DNA of 63,201 nucleotides, the filler included, from Aduncisulcus paluster (lineage: Eukaryota): the NCBI GenBank assembly GCA_024181965.1. It is 6 parts of 6 records of this genome, joined end to end, with 100 filler letters (N's around TTAATTAATTAA, not from the genome) between each part and the next. Parts side by side here need not be neighbours in the genome. Positions count along the whole stretch, not along the records: positions 32,180 to 51,221 come from BQXS01009700.1; positions 51,322 to 57,695 come from BQXS01009701.1; positions 57,796 to 63,201 come from BQXS01009707.1; 3 more parts are not named here. One strand, 5' to 3'. Position 1 is the stretch's first letter; the number at the start of each line of letters is the position of its first letter. The translations under genes were made by a program, and so were the position numbers. Shown one piece after another: positions 48,094 to 60,285 of this stretch. The notes beneath the pieces are model-generated. The model was not told the DNA's origin. It ran no database searches and saw only the letters and a list, made by a program, of their open reading frames with translations.

Positions 48094-51000
48094 TTAGAAA
48101 TCGAAAGATGAAGAAGATTCATCTGCGTCTGTCAGACCGCCACGCTCTCTGAAATAATCCGATGAAACGTTCAATACTTTGAATCCTCTCCCATAAATCT
48201 TCTTTGAGTTGCTCATCGATTCCTCTGCACAAGAAGGATGATGAGCATGTGGAAGATTTGGAAGAACAGAACAATCTGTGACAACTTTCTTCTTCTTTTT
48301 TAGCTCCCTTTGCTGCTGAAGCGATACTCTAGTTTGTTCAGCTTGAGCCGCAGAATATTCCCCAATGCCTCCAGTGGCATAAGAATCGAAGGAATCCTGG
48401 GAACTATAAGAATCAGCAAAGGCCGTTGTTGATTCTTCAGTCGATTCGACCTCTTCCTCTTCTTCACCATCCTTTCTCTTTGGATTGCAAACAAGATCTC
48501 CACAAGCATGACATTTCGTACGTTTATCCATTTCAATCTTTCCACGCTTCAAGTAACCCAACTTGAGTTCCGTATCAATCTCTCGACCTCGAAGAAGAGA
48601 AGCAACGGTTTGAAGCCTTCGCAATTCTTTCACTTTCTCGCCAAGAATAAAAGACAAAAACGGTGAGAACACACCAAGATCAACACTGTCATATACTTCT
48701 GGAAGTTCAGATAGAATCTTTGAGGAACGGGTCACAAGAGCAGAACCCCAAAGCTCATGAGGATTAAGCACAAGGGCCAAGAGTGAAGATAAAGTGGCTG
48801 TCGATGCGGATAGAGGTACATTAACCTGAAGAGTGTGAGAAGATTGAATATGTTTTTGTCTGGAATCAAGACGATCAGAATTGCTAATCACACTGGTTTT
48901 GATCCCTTCTCTTCTTCGCCCCATCACAACAAATAAGGCCCTAAAGGTTTCAGCAATATCATCATCGAAGGCCGCACGGAATATTTCACGATGATTGAAC
49001 TCTTTCTCATCCTCAATTTCATTTTGCCACTCTTCAAGATCATCTTGAATTGTTGTCACCTTGCTTTCCCGCTTAATTTCACCCTCCTTAAGCTCAGATC
49101 CACTTTCACTCTCACTGTGTCCTTGCTCAGAGTATGAATTTGAATGATATCCTTCACTGTCTCCATCATCACCAACCGATGATCGCCTGTGATGGTGAGA
49201 CGATTGCTTTGCTTCGTCACGGGAAGCTGATGTATCCTGCGCTTTCACAAGTGATGATCCGTATTCCTTTGCATTGGATAGAGCTCTTCTTCTCTCTTCT
49301 TTCTTTTTCTTCATCCAAATCTTCTTCTGTTTTCTTACCTCATTGTCAGCTCTCCTCCTTGATGTACTCACACAATACTCGACACACAAATCAACATAAT
49401 CGGTATCATCCCCATCAGTGGACATAGGTTTGATTTGGGTTTGGGATCCTTGTCGCCCGTGTCCCCATCCACCTTCACAGATACACTCAATGGCCTCTTC
49501 ATCCATGTGACACACTGACAACGAGGATATAAGAGCTAAGCATTTCTCTGAAGGCTTTGGATATAAAGTATTCATTATCTGACCAGGGACAAAAGAAGAT
49601 CGTTGTCCTTTCTTGGCTTGAGCTCTGCGACGTTCTTCATAGGAATGTTGCGTATGGGACAACAAATGAGGTAATATGGAACGAACATCCTTGGCATCAA
49701 GCTTGAGGATGAGTTCACTCAATAGTTCATCGATTACACCACTCACAGACCATATATACATCACTCTATCAGCAGGTGTGAGCATGGAAATTGAATGTGG
49801 AAGGAATGGGAGGTAAGGGACATACGGAGATAGATAGGTTGACAAGTTAAGAAGTAAGTTGGGGGCAAATATTTTAGTTGGGGAAGATCCTAGTATGCCT
49901 GGATATTTCAATTTGTGCAATTGAGCTGAAACATAGTTGATACCAGATACATTAAGAAGATTCAAGGCATCGCGAGGAATAGCAAATCCTCTCCATTCAC
50001 ACAGCGATAAGGGATTACAAGAATCCACAATTTCAGAAAGGTCAGAAAAAATTGAAATAATGCGAGATATGGATGTATTTTGAATACCTTCTTCATTAAT
50101 CACTTTATCTTGGAGTGTTGGCTGACCACTCAGTGAGAGTCCAGACTCAGAAGATTCCTTGCCTTTTTCTTTATGGGCCCACCAGAATCCTCTTGATTCG
50201 CCCAATTCGACAGCGCTTCGATCAACTTTTTCGCCAACACTTATCCAAACCTCCAGAAGAGCATGGGCAAGGGCAAGTGCGTGGGTTGAATCATTCCGAA
50301 TTCCATTTGACACCTTACTTTTGTCGCGCAATTTGAGTTTCAGACGTTCTTTTTCAGCTTGATGATACCACTCGCGAATAATAATAGGAGTTGTAAAACC
50401 CAGAATATGTGGCAAATCAGCTGGAGAGAGCATTTGTTCACCTCCATTCCCGGTATTCAAACGGCCATCCAAGCCCTTCTCCTTCTTCACTGTTAGTGAT
50501 GTAGTCAAGGAAGACAACAGGGAGAGAGCATGTTCTGGGGAGTATAGGGAGATAACAGGAAGGCATATGGAAAGAAGGGAATCAAGAATGGGAGGTAATG
50601 AAGCAATGGGTCGAGAGGCTCCGGATCTGGAGGGTACTCTTGACGAACCATGCTCAATGCCCTCATCTTGATCAAGGAATCTATCCCCACGCCGATGCCT
50701 GTCACTTGGAGTTGCACGACCATCACCTGGAGCATCTTCTTCTTCGGTAGTTCCTTGCGATCCTCTGACACTTCCACACACCTTTTTACATACCCACAGC
50801 ATTCGTTTCCACCCCGTGCGGGGAATATGGGAGAGACACATCACACCCTCTCGCCATCTACGGAGAGAGAGAAGGATATTCGAGAGAGCTGGATATGATC
50901 TCATAGATGATAAAGTATTCAGAAAATTATGTTGTGCAAATGGAGCGGGTGGGGTGAATGGAGAATCAGATGTCTCTCCTGCATGATCATGACCCCATTC

Positions 51001-51221
51001 TCCATCTCCCTCACTATCACTCAATTCATTTGAGACATCTTTCGAAGCACTGTCATTCTCATCGCCCCATCCACTGACCCACACACCTTCACAGAGTTCA
51101 GAAACATCCATCCCCGCAAACAGCATCGAGAGGAATAAAGCCTGTGATAAGATGGTGTGAAAACGGGCAGACAAAAGTGAATTTGGCGGGTGGGAACTGA
51201 GAGGAGGTTCAGAGGTGCAAC
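48094..51221 (-). CDS. Large protein with C-terminal Zn-finger, Vps39/Vps3/Vps8/Vps41-like tethering subunit; 5'-truncated
   Basis: KRGKIEMDKRTKCHACGDLV...VLP..HAHHPSC after a helical LSELPE..DL..FL segment; frame open to the scaffold edge. Confidence 0.55.
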
Positions 51222-51321
51222 NNNNNNNNNNNNNNNNNNNNNNNNNNNNNNNNNNNNNNNNNNNNTTAATTAATTAANNNNNNNNNNNNNNNNNNNNNNN
51301 NNNNNNNNNNNNNNNNNNNNN
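51222..51321. other. Synthetic scaffold linker
   Basis: N44-TTAATTAATTAA-N44. Confidence 0.97.
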
Positions 51322-51560
51322 ATTCCAGTCCAGTCCAAAAGATGAGTAATTTCCCATACTATTCCTTTCCTATCTCCAAATGAATCAATTCCCATATCAA
51401 GTAAATCATCTTCAGTACAATATAGAAGTTCTTTACCAGAGATATTGTTATCTTTAAATATTTGAATATACTGACTATATTTGATACACTCTAACCAGAC
51501 TGAAACATCATCTTCAGTCCACATCCTTGCTGCACATAGTACTTGTGCTTGTTCATTCAT
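51322..51560 (-). CDS. SAM-domain protein, 3'-truncated
   Basis: WTEDDVSVWL..I..SQY...F..NNISGKELL..TEDDLLDMGI.SFGDRK.I is a canonical SAM pattern. Confidence 0.88.
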
Positions 51561-51753
51561 GTGAATTCAGGAGAAAAAACCAAAATCAGTCAACCACCAA
51601 ATAATTGAATTTGGAACCCAAAAACAATCAATAAATTGAATTCTATCTTCAATTTAAATAACTGATTCATCAAGGATATTTGTGAGAAATACATGGATTC
51701 CAAGATAAAAAAAAACTGTTTGACCAGGTAATATTCCAATTTATTGGCTCCAA

Positions 51754-52953
51754 CTATTTAGATTCCAGAGTTTCGTTAGATGGAGATCCTTCTTTTATGC
51801 TCGTACCAGCAGCAACATCAATAATTCCAATCAAAACCCCAAAAGACAGAATAACAATCAATATCCATCGCCACCAAATGCATGAAACCCTTCCAAACAT
51901 TGCATCGAACAACAGAGATGATACCACCGTGAATCCCATTCCAGCTGAGAAGAATAGAGGAGAATAGAATGAAATGAGAACAAGCATCAATATATTCACA
52001 ATTAAAGCGACAAATGATGATAACATGAGGGTATAAAGACAACTTCCAGTCGGAAATTCAAAAGTTTCAATTCCTAGAGCATTGAGAATGGGTATTGGAA
52101 TCATACATACAACAAGAGTCCAGAATCCAAACTCTCCAAGAAATTCAATGGACCATAAAACACTCCTACTCGGGTACCAATAATCATAAATGACCCGAAA
52201 TAGGGTGTTGAGAATGAGGGAAAGAACACAGAACATGACACCGAGAAGCTGCGACTCAATGGGGCTTTCAGAAGCATCTACATTGGGCTGGGGAACTAAA
52301 ACAACAAGTAGAATGGTGGCAACAGTCATGATAACACTGCCTCGAATCTCTCCAGTACCAATATTCTGATCTTTAATTATAAATCGATATATCAAGATTA
52401 AAACAGGTGATAATTGAGTAATAGCTGAACATAAAGTTGTCGAAAGGTGCGGGAGCGCAAGAACATAGGAATAATTGGCCGAGGTATAAATTATGGATAG
52501 AAGACAAACTCGAAGAATATGATGGATATCAGTGAATGATGATAATATATAAAATGAGGGTTTATCATCCGATTTAGAGATAATAATTTGTTTTGATTCG
52601 GATACGATTGATACAATTTCTGATTCAGGTCTTGAGTTATCAGTAGAGTCAGGAATATTGTCTGAAGGTTGGGGATCATGATCCAAAAGAGAGCATTTTT
52701 CATCAATTTCAGAGTTAGATTCTTGAGAAGTATCTCCAACGCAATATTGACGTAATCGAATGAAAGAAACACGAAAAACATCAACAAATAGAGCAATAAT
52801 ACCAAAACAATGCATAAAATATGCAATAAAATATGGTTTAGAATAATTATCAGCATCTAATTTTTGCATAATTTCTCCATTCAATGAGTATAGTGAATCA
52901 CTGATTAAAGTCAGAATAACTCCAATAAATGTATGTCCAGCTGCATTTTCCAT
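51754..52953 (-). CDS. Drug/metabolite transporter superfamily, SLC35F-like
   Basis: About 10 TM segments; YSKPYFIAY, ANYSYVLAL..LS and LGIETFEFP motifs. Confidence 0.8.
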   Translation of the reverse strand: MENAAGHTFIGVILTLISDSLYSLNGEIMQKLDADNYSKPYFIAYFMHCFGIIALFVDVFRVSFIRLRQYCVGDTSQESNSEIDEKCSLLDHDPQPSDNIPDSTDNSRPESEIVSIVSESKQIIISKSDDKPSFYILSSFTDIHHILRVCLLSIIYTSANYSYVLALPHLSTTLCSAITQLSPVLILIYRFIIKDQNIGTGEIRGSVIMTVATILLVVLVPQPNVDASESPIESQLLGVMFCVLSLILNTLFRVIYDYWYPSRSVLWSIEFLGEFGFWTLVVCMIPIPILNALGIETFEFPTGSCLYTLMLSSFVALIVNILMLVLISFYSPLFFSAGMGFTVVSSLLFDAMFGRVSCIWWRWILIVILSFGVLIGIIDVAAGTSIKEGSPSNETLESK

Positions 52954-53214
52954 AATTAATAATTTAAAGGTTTTTATATGATAGATGTAAATCTGTTATA
53001 GTATATTGAATATAACTTAAAGATTGATAGAATTTATAACGCTTATAGAAACACTAAAACAGAAAGAAATAAGTTAAAATTGTATATAATACAAATAATT
53101 GATCTAATTTATGTCAAAGAATACTTATGATCTTTTTCAAAACACAGCTAATTTTAATCTTTCAATATTTTGTATTCTATTTCGCTTGATGATCCTAAAA
53201 TTCACATTCCATAA

Positions 53215-53794
53215 TTTCCAATTAAGAGATGATAGAATATGGATTTATAAAAAGAATTTATTTTGAATTCTTTTACATCTCTTTTCACGACATCGAAATG
53301 ATTTTTAATATTGAAGCACCTATTTTTATTTCTTACCTAATTCAAAAAAAATTCAACATAACATATCTTGTACAAAGAAGAACATTGTCATTCTTATTCG
53401 AGGACTCTCTTATTCAGACATAATATTATTCAACTCATTTATATGGTTTTTGCCACATTGTATAATCCAAAATCTTGAGGATTAATCGAAAAAANNNNNN
53501 NNNNNNNNNNNNNNTTTCCAATTAAGAGATGATAGAATATGGATTTATAAAAAGAATTTATTTTGAATTCTTTTACATCTCTTTTCACGACATCGAAATG
53601 ATTTTTAATATTTAAGCACCTATTTTTATTTCTTACCTAATTCAAAAAAAATTCAACATAACATATCTTGTACAAAGAAGAACATTGTCATTCTTATTCG
53701 AGGACTCTCTTATTCAGACATAATATTATTCAACTCATTTATATGGTTTTTGCCACATTGTATAATCCAAAATCTTGAGGATTAATCGAAAAAA
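53215..53794. repeat. 280-nt direct duplication around a 20-N gap (uncollapsed contig overlap)
   Basis: 53215-53494 matches 53515-53794 with one mismatch noticed. Confidence 0.85.
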
Positions 53795-54619
53795 ATGCCA
53801 CCAGAGAGATTGACCCTTGAAAGATTCAAAGAACTCGTCGAATCAGAAAACCCTGGCACTCACACCTCTGACATCGAATCTCTCTTTCACAAGGTGAAAC
53901 CATATGAGAAACTCGCATATAAACCTGTTGTTGGCGATGAAATTCCGTATGATGTTGATTCAGATACACTTGTTTCCAAATATGGTGGAAAACCGTACAT
54001 CTCAGCGAGTAATCCTTGGCCAAGATGTTCTGAAGATAATTGTTTCTTCTTCTTTTTATTTCAACTTCGTGTGAGTGATATTCCAAAGGATCAACTTCCT
54101 GAAGGAGTCGATATTCCTGAAGGTTCCATGATTCAATTGTTCCGGTGTTGTTCTGAGGATGGAGAGGATGAGTGCGCATGCGACGATCAAGAAGGTGGAC
54201 ATGACGATCAAAGCTGGGTGTGTAGAATGATTTCTACCACCGAACCCCCTCTAATTTCTTCCGAATACCCAACTCCTTCTGCCGAGTTTCCTTGTAAACT
54301 TTTGTTACGATTCGAACCATATTATGCTTTTCCAGCATTACATTCAATCCCTGAGCCTGCACCAACCTTTTCTGCGATTGAAATGCAAATGGAATCCCTC
54401 GAGATATTCAACCCCCATGGAGATCATGTAGGTGGTTATGGATATTGGTTAAACCTTACAGATCTTAGACCTTGTTATGAATGTGATACGCCTTCAATTC
54501 TTTTGTATCAGATCGTTGCTTATGAGAATACTGATTATGATTTTGGGGACGGTGGCTGTTGCCAGATATTGATGTGTCCTAAGCATCCAGAATGTGTCCA
54601 AGTTGTATGGGCCATGTAA
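53795..54619 (+). CDS. DUF1963/YwqG-like protein
   Basis: SKYGGKPY..WP.C, FLFQL, G.IQLF, HVGGYGYW, LLYQI, DFGDGG, CPKH motifs. Confidence 0.72.
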   Translation: MPPERLTLERFKELVESENPGTHTSDIESLFHKVKPYEKLAYKPVVGDEIPYDVDSDTLVSKYGGKPYISASNPWPRCSEDNCFFFFLFQLRVSDIPKDQLPEGVDIPEGSMIQLFRCCSEDGEDECACDDQEGGHDDQSWVCRMISTTEPPLISSEYPTPSAEFPCKLLLRFEPYYAFPALHSIPEPAPTFSAIEMQMESLEIFNPHGDHVGGYGYWLNLTDLRPCYECDTPSILLYQIVAYENTDYDFGDGGCCQILMCPKHPECVQVVWAM

Positions 54620-55098
54620 TTTTACATCCTGTTACATCATCAATAATTATATAAATTTATTTTTCCTCGAACTTATGCTATTCTCTCAGTTTTTGTTAAA
54701 ATAAATCATTATCACAACTTTTTGGACATCTTTTGTAAATAAATAACAATTTAATCTATCATCTATCAGTTTGGATATATATTTCTCCCTCTGTTCGATT
54801 TTCTTCCGTGAGTGCATTATTAGGATGATTGGGGAAGATATATTCATTGTTTATTAAATAACTAGAGTAATAATTTTAAAATATTATTTCAAATCTTCAT
54901 TTGTTATTTTCTTTGAAGTTCTTCCAGCACTCCATTTGTATTCTCTTTGAAAGACACAGTTAATATGATCCATATTCAAAATAGGTGTTACCTGAATACT
55001 AAATCATATTTTTTCGAAAATAATATCATGCTCCACTATTTTTGTCACTTCAAAATTGACAAGCTTGGTGTTTTTGTTTCATTTTTGTAGAAACAACG

Positions 55099-56616
55099 AT
55101 GGTATCACATGTTGCTGTTATTGGGTTGGGAGTAATGGGAGGTGCATTGGCTCGTAATCTCGCCAGAAAAGGTTATCATGTCGTGATATATAACCGAACT
55201 CATTCGAAAGCTGAAAATTTCCTCCGCCACTATGGCCACGAAGGTAAATTTACACGTGCATCAACTCTTAATGATGTTCTTTGCAAACTTCCAACAACAA
55301 AAATTGTATTTCTTATGCTTAGTGCCGGAAAAGCTATTGATATTGTGAGTGATGAACTTGTTGCCGAGGCTCACAAAAGACTTGAAGGTGATCAATTATC
55401 GATTATTGATGGTGGAAATAGTTTCTATAAGGATACTATGGAAAGATGCAAGAGATATGATGAGAAGGGTGTTGAATTTATCGGTCTTGGTGTTTCTGGA
55501 GGGAAAGAGGGTGCTCTCTTGGGGCCATCATTGATGTTTGGAGGTTCTGAACGGGGTTGGGAGTGGACTCATGAAGTTCTTGAAAAAATTGCCGCGAAAG
55601 ATTTCCATGGAAAACCATGTGTTACTCGACTTGGACCCAACGCTGCTGGTCATTTTGTAAAAATGGTTCACAACGGAATTGAATACGCAATTATGGGAAT
55701 GATCGCTGAAATATTTAATCTCTTACGAGCAACTATTGGTGATCGTGGCCTTGGAATATCTTCAGATTCATTGCTAGAACACCCTGATCTTGGAGGATTT
55801 TTGCTTGAGCTGATGAGACATGTTGTTCGGAAGAGAGAACTTGGCTCAGGACATCCACTGGTGCTTGATAAAATCAAGGACATTGCTGGTCACAAAGGAA
55901 CAGGGTTGTGGACATGTCAATCTGCCCTTGAGCTTGGATGTCCTATCCCATCAATTCAAGCTGCTTTTGAAGAGCGTGCAATGAGTGCACAGTATGCGGT
56001 TAGATCTGTTTATTCTGATGCCATGAAACCCTCTGGATTAAAGACTACTGTTTCTGCTGAAGGCCTGATGAACCGTGTTTATGGAGCTTTGAGTCTCGCT
56101 ATTCGTCAAGCCTTTTCGCAAGGTCTGATATTGATTCGTGTCGCTTCGAAGAAATATGAATGGGATATTGATGTTCAACAATGCACAAGAGTCTGGGAAG
56201 GAGGGTGTATCATAAGAATGCCTTTGCTCCGTGAGTTTGAAACAAGGCCAAAAGAGACATTGGATAAGAAAACAAAGGGTCTGATCCCCGCCAAAGAAGA
56301 TCCCGATGAGCCTCCTACAGCTGATGAAATAACCAGAGAAGTATGGTGGGCATTCTCTCCTGAGTTCAGAAAGATCGCATTTGACAAGAAGAGACATCAT
56401 CAATTACAAGAACTTATCCATACATTCGTTGACGCTGGTATTCCTTGCCATGTATTGAGTAGCACGTTGAACTATGTGACTCAGATGTGCCACGAGAGAA
56501 TGGAAACTATTCCATACATCCAGGCAATGCGTGATGGATTCGGAGGACATGGGTTTGAGAGGATTGATCTTGATGGAAGATATAACCTCGAATGGACAAT
56601 TCATGCCGAAGAATAA
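55099..56616 (+). CDS. gnd: 6-phosphogluconate dehydrogenase, NADP-dependent, decarboxylating
   Basis: GLGVMG, YNRT, IDGGNS, VSGGKEGA, GHFVKMVHNGIEY, KGTG.WT, GCIIR, QAMRDGFGGH. Confidence 0.96.
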   Translation: MVSHVAVIGLGVMGGALARNLARKGYHVVIYNRTHSKAENFLRHYGHEGKFTRASTLNDVLCKLPTTKIVFLMLSAGKAIDIVSDELVAEAHKRLEGDQLSIIDGGNSFYKDTMERCKRYDEKGVEFIGLGVSGGKEGALLGPSLMFGGSERGWEWTHEVLEKIAAKDFHGKPCVTRLGPNAAGHFVKMVHNGIEYAIMGMIAEIFNLLRATIGDRGLGISSDSLLEHPDLGGFLLELMRHVVRKRELGSGHPLVLDKIKDIAGHKGTGLWTCQSALELGCPIPSIQAAFEERAMSAQYAVRSVYSDAMKPSGLKTTVSAEGLMNRVYGALSLAIRQAFSQGLILIRVASKKYEWDIDVQQCTRVWEGGCIIRMPLLREFETRPKETLDKKTKGLIPAKEDPDEPPTADEITREVWWAFSPEFRKIAFDKKRHHQLQELIHTFVDAGIPCHVLSSTLNYVTQMCHERMETIPYIQAMRDGFGGHGFERIDLDGRYNLEWTIHAEE

Positions 56617-57372
56617 TCTCCACTTGTGTCGTATCTCAACTCCAGAAAGTAAGGCATGTGCTTATTCTTATCCATATGGTATTTTAAACCAAGACTTAAT
56701 TTATTCTTGTCAATGTTCATTTGTCAAGATGGTTGCTATTCAGACAGATCTATTGATACCACTGAAATAATTATTTATCCAAAATCCGCTATTTTTCGCG
56801 TATTGACCAATATCAATGAATTATAGTAAAGAACAAAATAAAATTTTGTCCCATATTATAAATGAATATCATATTGATCATGATGATCTCAGATATAAAA
56901 AAAAGAAATGAGATAAAACATCAAAATATTAAATAAATTTCACTTTAGACAAGAAAAGCAAATTCAAAAAGGCAAAGTAAATACACATTTAGCGTTGAAA
57001 ATAATTTGAATGTCACCAAAACCTTGAAAAGTTAGTTTATTCGGTAAATCCCGGTTTAGCCGGTAATTGGGCAAGACATGCTCCAAACAGGAAAAAATAA
57101 AGGCAAAAAGAAAATAGTGGGCAAAAAACATATAGTCAACAACAAATCATATAGAGTAGAGATTAAAAACATTCTAATAGGGATTATCAATATATAGGAG
57201 TTGGCAAGCTTAAAGTACCAATCAATAGCTGATATAGATTGTTTAATGATAGGTAAAGAAAGTCTTAGTGGAGGAAATGTTATTGAGATAGAAAGAATAT
57301 CATTGGAGGGATAGAAAACTGTGTGGGAAGCCTTAGGAGTTATCTTAGGAAACTATTCTAGGGATAAGCATA

Positions 57373-57695
57373 CTAGAGAAACGCCATCGAAGCTCTGGCT
57401 CTCTTGGTAAAGCCAGCTCTGTCGAGAAGTTTGGATATGGCCTTGTCAGCCGATCCAAATGCTCTCATGAGCACAGCTTGTCCGATGCGTCTCCGAAGTA
57501 GCCTCAGCCTCGTCATATAGACAGCTTTGTCACCTTCTTTGGAGGAGATGCGTTGTTTCGGATTTCCATACCAAGCAACAATCTTTTTCAAGAAAGAGAG
57601 AGCCTCGGATCCGACGGTACCAATGGAGTCAACAGCAAAAGGTATAAATGTAATAGAACTGTTGGCAATTTGGACCATCTCACCGAGGGAGCTTA
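57373..57695 (-). mobile_element. 3' end of a non-LTR retrotransposon ORF (restriction-like endonuclease tail, CRE/R2-like), truncated at scaffold end
   Basis: FIPFAVDSIGTVGSEALSFLKKI...RRIGQAVLMR matches the F.P.A.E..G..G..A..FL RLE tail; GC-richer than its neighbours; the assembly breaks here. Confidence 0.6.
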
Positions 57696-57795
57696 NNNNN
57701 NNNNNNNNNNNNNNNNNNNNNNNNNNNNNNNNNNNNNNNTTAATTAATTAANNNNNNNNNNNNNNNNNNNNNNNNNNNNNNNNNNNNNNNNNNNN
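57696..57795. other. Synthetic scaffold linker
   Basis: N44-TTAATTAATTAA-N44. Confidence 0.97.
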
Positions 57796-58265
57796 AATAG
57801 ATGACTGGCTGTCAATTGTTGGACTGAAAATACTGAATTTTCGGAAACCAAAACAAGTTATTGACTATAAGAGTATTAAGTTCACCTGAAAAAATAGTCC
57901 TGGTTGATACCCCATTTTCTAAAATGGGTTATTATCTTTTCTTACTTCAACCCCCCCCTTATGATCCATTTTCCTCATAAAAATTTCCAGGTTATTAATT
58001 TATTTAAGCTGTTGTACAGAATTGTTCGACTATCTTCAAGTATAGTCTCTGTAATACAGAGATCTCTGTAAAATTTGATACATGCAAAAGTGAAATCGAA
58101 AAATGTCGAGATCCACTTCATTTCACTATCCATAATTGTCCATGAATGGATTTTGAATGTAGATCGATAATAATAATATAAAAAATAATAACACCACACC
58201 AGCTACTCGGTTCAAAGTTTAACATCAGCTTTATAGACATTGAAGCAAGGAAAAAAGCATCTACG

Positions 58266-58997
58266 TTACACATGTGAACTATGGACAAGTGGATTTGGAT
58301 AATATTGAATCTCCCCCTCGAGTATCTCATTAGAAGCATTGTCAATAGGCACCAGTGAATCGGTTGGTCCCGACTGTGCTGAATCGACAGCAATAACTGC
58401 CAACACGCTATATCCACCAGCCAGTTGTTGCTGAGGAACAACTGGTGGCTGTGCGTATACTTGGGTTTGAGGAGAAGTCATTGGCATAGAAGCTGATTTC
58501 TTAGGTTTCTTGGAAGCGCAGCATGCAGCAAAAAAGAGGGAAAGAATACCCCAAAAATAAAAGAATGATGCCCATGCAATCCATACTATGGAGTAAATAG
58601 CATAAATCGAGTCAGAGAATGCCTCATCATCTCCTTCTTCAGAGGAAATCAGCCACAACAGCCAGTAATAATATGTTAAACAAATTCCAATGAATCCAAT
58701 CTTATTAAAAATAGAAACCGCCATAAAAGAACAACATCCTTCTTGAATGTGCTCTTTTCGAACTTTTTGGGCTTTCGACAAGATAACTGAAAAAAGGACC
58801 CCAATCGCTGCGCAAATTATAATTCTCAACCAAAAATGGTTGCTACTAAAATAAGGAATATAAAAATCTTCACCAATATATTCATAAAACGAATTCACTA
58901 ATCGATATAGACAAATCATTTCAAGGACAATACCATAACACAAAGTCATAATTTGATCATATATATAAAGAAAAGGTAACGTTGCAAATATATTCAT
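58266..58997 (-). CDS. Hypothetical four-TM membrane protein
   Basis: Four hydrophobic segments, a juxtamembrane CC and a Pro/Gln-rich tail. Confidence 0.75.
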   Translation of the reverse strand: MNIFATLPFLYIYDQIMTLCYGIVLEMICLYRLVNSFYEYIGEDFYIPYFSSNHFWLRIIICAAIGVLFSVILSKAQKVRKEHIQEGCCSFMAVSIFNKIGFIGICLTYYYWLLWLISSEEGDDEAFSDSIYAIYSIVWIAWASFFYFWGILSLFFAACCASKKPKKSASMPMTSPQTQVYAQPPVVPQQQLAGGYSVLAVIAVDSAQSGPTDSLVPIDNASNEILEGEIQYYPNPLVHSSHV

Positions 58998-59192
58998 GAT
59001 ATAATTTGTGGGTTATTATTGCTATCTCGAAAAAACAACCAAAATCTTAAAATCTCTTTTCGTTCCTCAAGCGGTTTTCTTCGGCGGGACAGGCCAAGAG
59101 GAATCAAAAAGAACAAAAATCGTCAAAAATGACATTAATAAAATATTACATCGATAAGTTTACAAAAATAAAATAAATATAACATAATAACC

Positions 59193-59722
59193 TCAAGGAA
59201 GCTTGGGAGGCTTGAGCTTTCGAATAAACTCTCCAAAAGTTTTAGCAACAGCAATCTTGTGGCAGAAATATAGTGGATAATAAACATAAACAACACGAGG
59301 TTCCTCTCCAATTTGACAACCTTCATAATCTAACATGAACGATTCACTTATATAAACTCCTGTTGCGGGATATCTGCTTTCATGAATCAAATACTTGTTT
59401 TTTGGAACAAGAGAATTACTTTTGGAATCGTTAATACCGAAAAAGGTACCTACAGTAAAAGGAGCTTCAAGATAGAATCGAGAGATTTGTCGAGCAGTCT
59501 CAGTGAAAAATGAGAGGTCGATATCATCCAAATAAAAGCAATCACGGATTGGAATACCACCATTGTGAAGTTTCATAAACTCGATATACGATGCGGGAAG
59601 TCTAAAACCAAGCTGAGCTTCAGTTCGTTTTATAAGCTCATCAGAAAGGGAAATATCGCCAGAATCCTTCGATGACGGTTTCCAGAAGCCATCAAAACTA
59701 AAATCAGAAAAAAGCTTGCCAT
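59193..59722 (-). CDS. SMI1/KNR4 (SUKH) family protein, bacterial-type; 1-nt homopolymer frameshift just after the ATG in this copy
   Basis: SDELIKRTEAQLGFRLPASYIEFMKLHNGG..LDY..GEEPRVV..AKTFGEFIRKL; the second copy gives the in-frame start MAIFFSDFSFDGFW. Confidence 0.85.
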
Positions 59723-59964
59723 GGTATTGTTCCAATTGACACGAAAACAAGGAATTTTGTTGGTGCTGAAAAAACCAATTTGTGGAGGTGAGGAATCTGC
59801 ACACACAAAATAATAAAGGGGGGGAAAAACATCTTGAAAAAAGAAGAACATGACACATGAGGAAGATGGAAAGGTGTTTATTATTGATATTTCTTGCGAA
59901 TAAAAAATCAGAAGAATCCTAGTATAATATCTCACTGTTGAAGANNNNNNNNNNNNNNNNNNNN

Positions 59965-60285
59965 GGAACAAGAGAATTACTTTTGGAATCGTTAATACCG
60001 AAAAAAGGTACCTACAGTAAAAGGAGCTTCAAGATAGAATCGAGAGATTTGTCGAGCAGTCTCAGTGAAAAATGAGAGGTCGATATCATCCAAATAAAAG
60101 CAATCACGGATTGGAATACCACCATTGTGAAGTTTCATAAACTCGATATACGATGCGGGAAGTCTAAAACCAAGCTGAGCTTCAGTTCGTTTTATAAGCT
60201 CATCAGAAAGGGAAATATCGCCAGAATCCTTCGATGACGGTTTCCAGAAGCCATCAAAACTAAAATCAGAAAAAAAGATTGCCAT
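59965..60285 (-). CDS. Second, partial copy of the SMI1/KNR4 gene
   Basis: 59965-60404 is nearly identical to 59403-59840; ATG at 60285; truncated by the gap and carries one extra T near it. Confidence 0.6.

Noticed and set aside
53229-53423. 64-aa ORF upstream of the DUF1963-like gene
   Set aside because: AT-rich and within an artefactual duplication; no coding signature.
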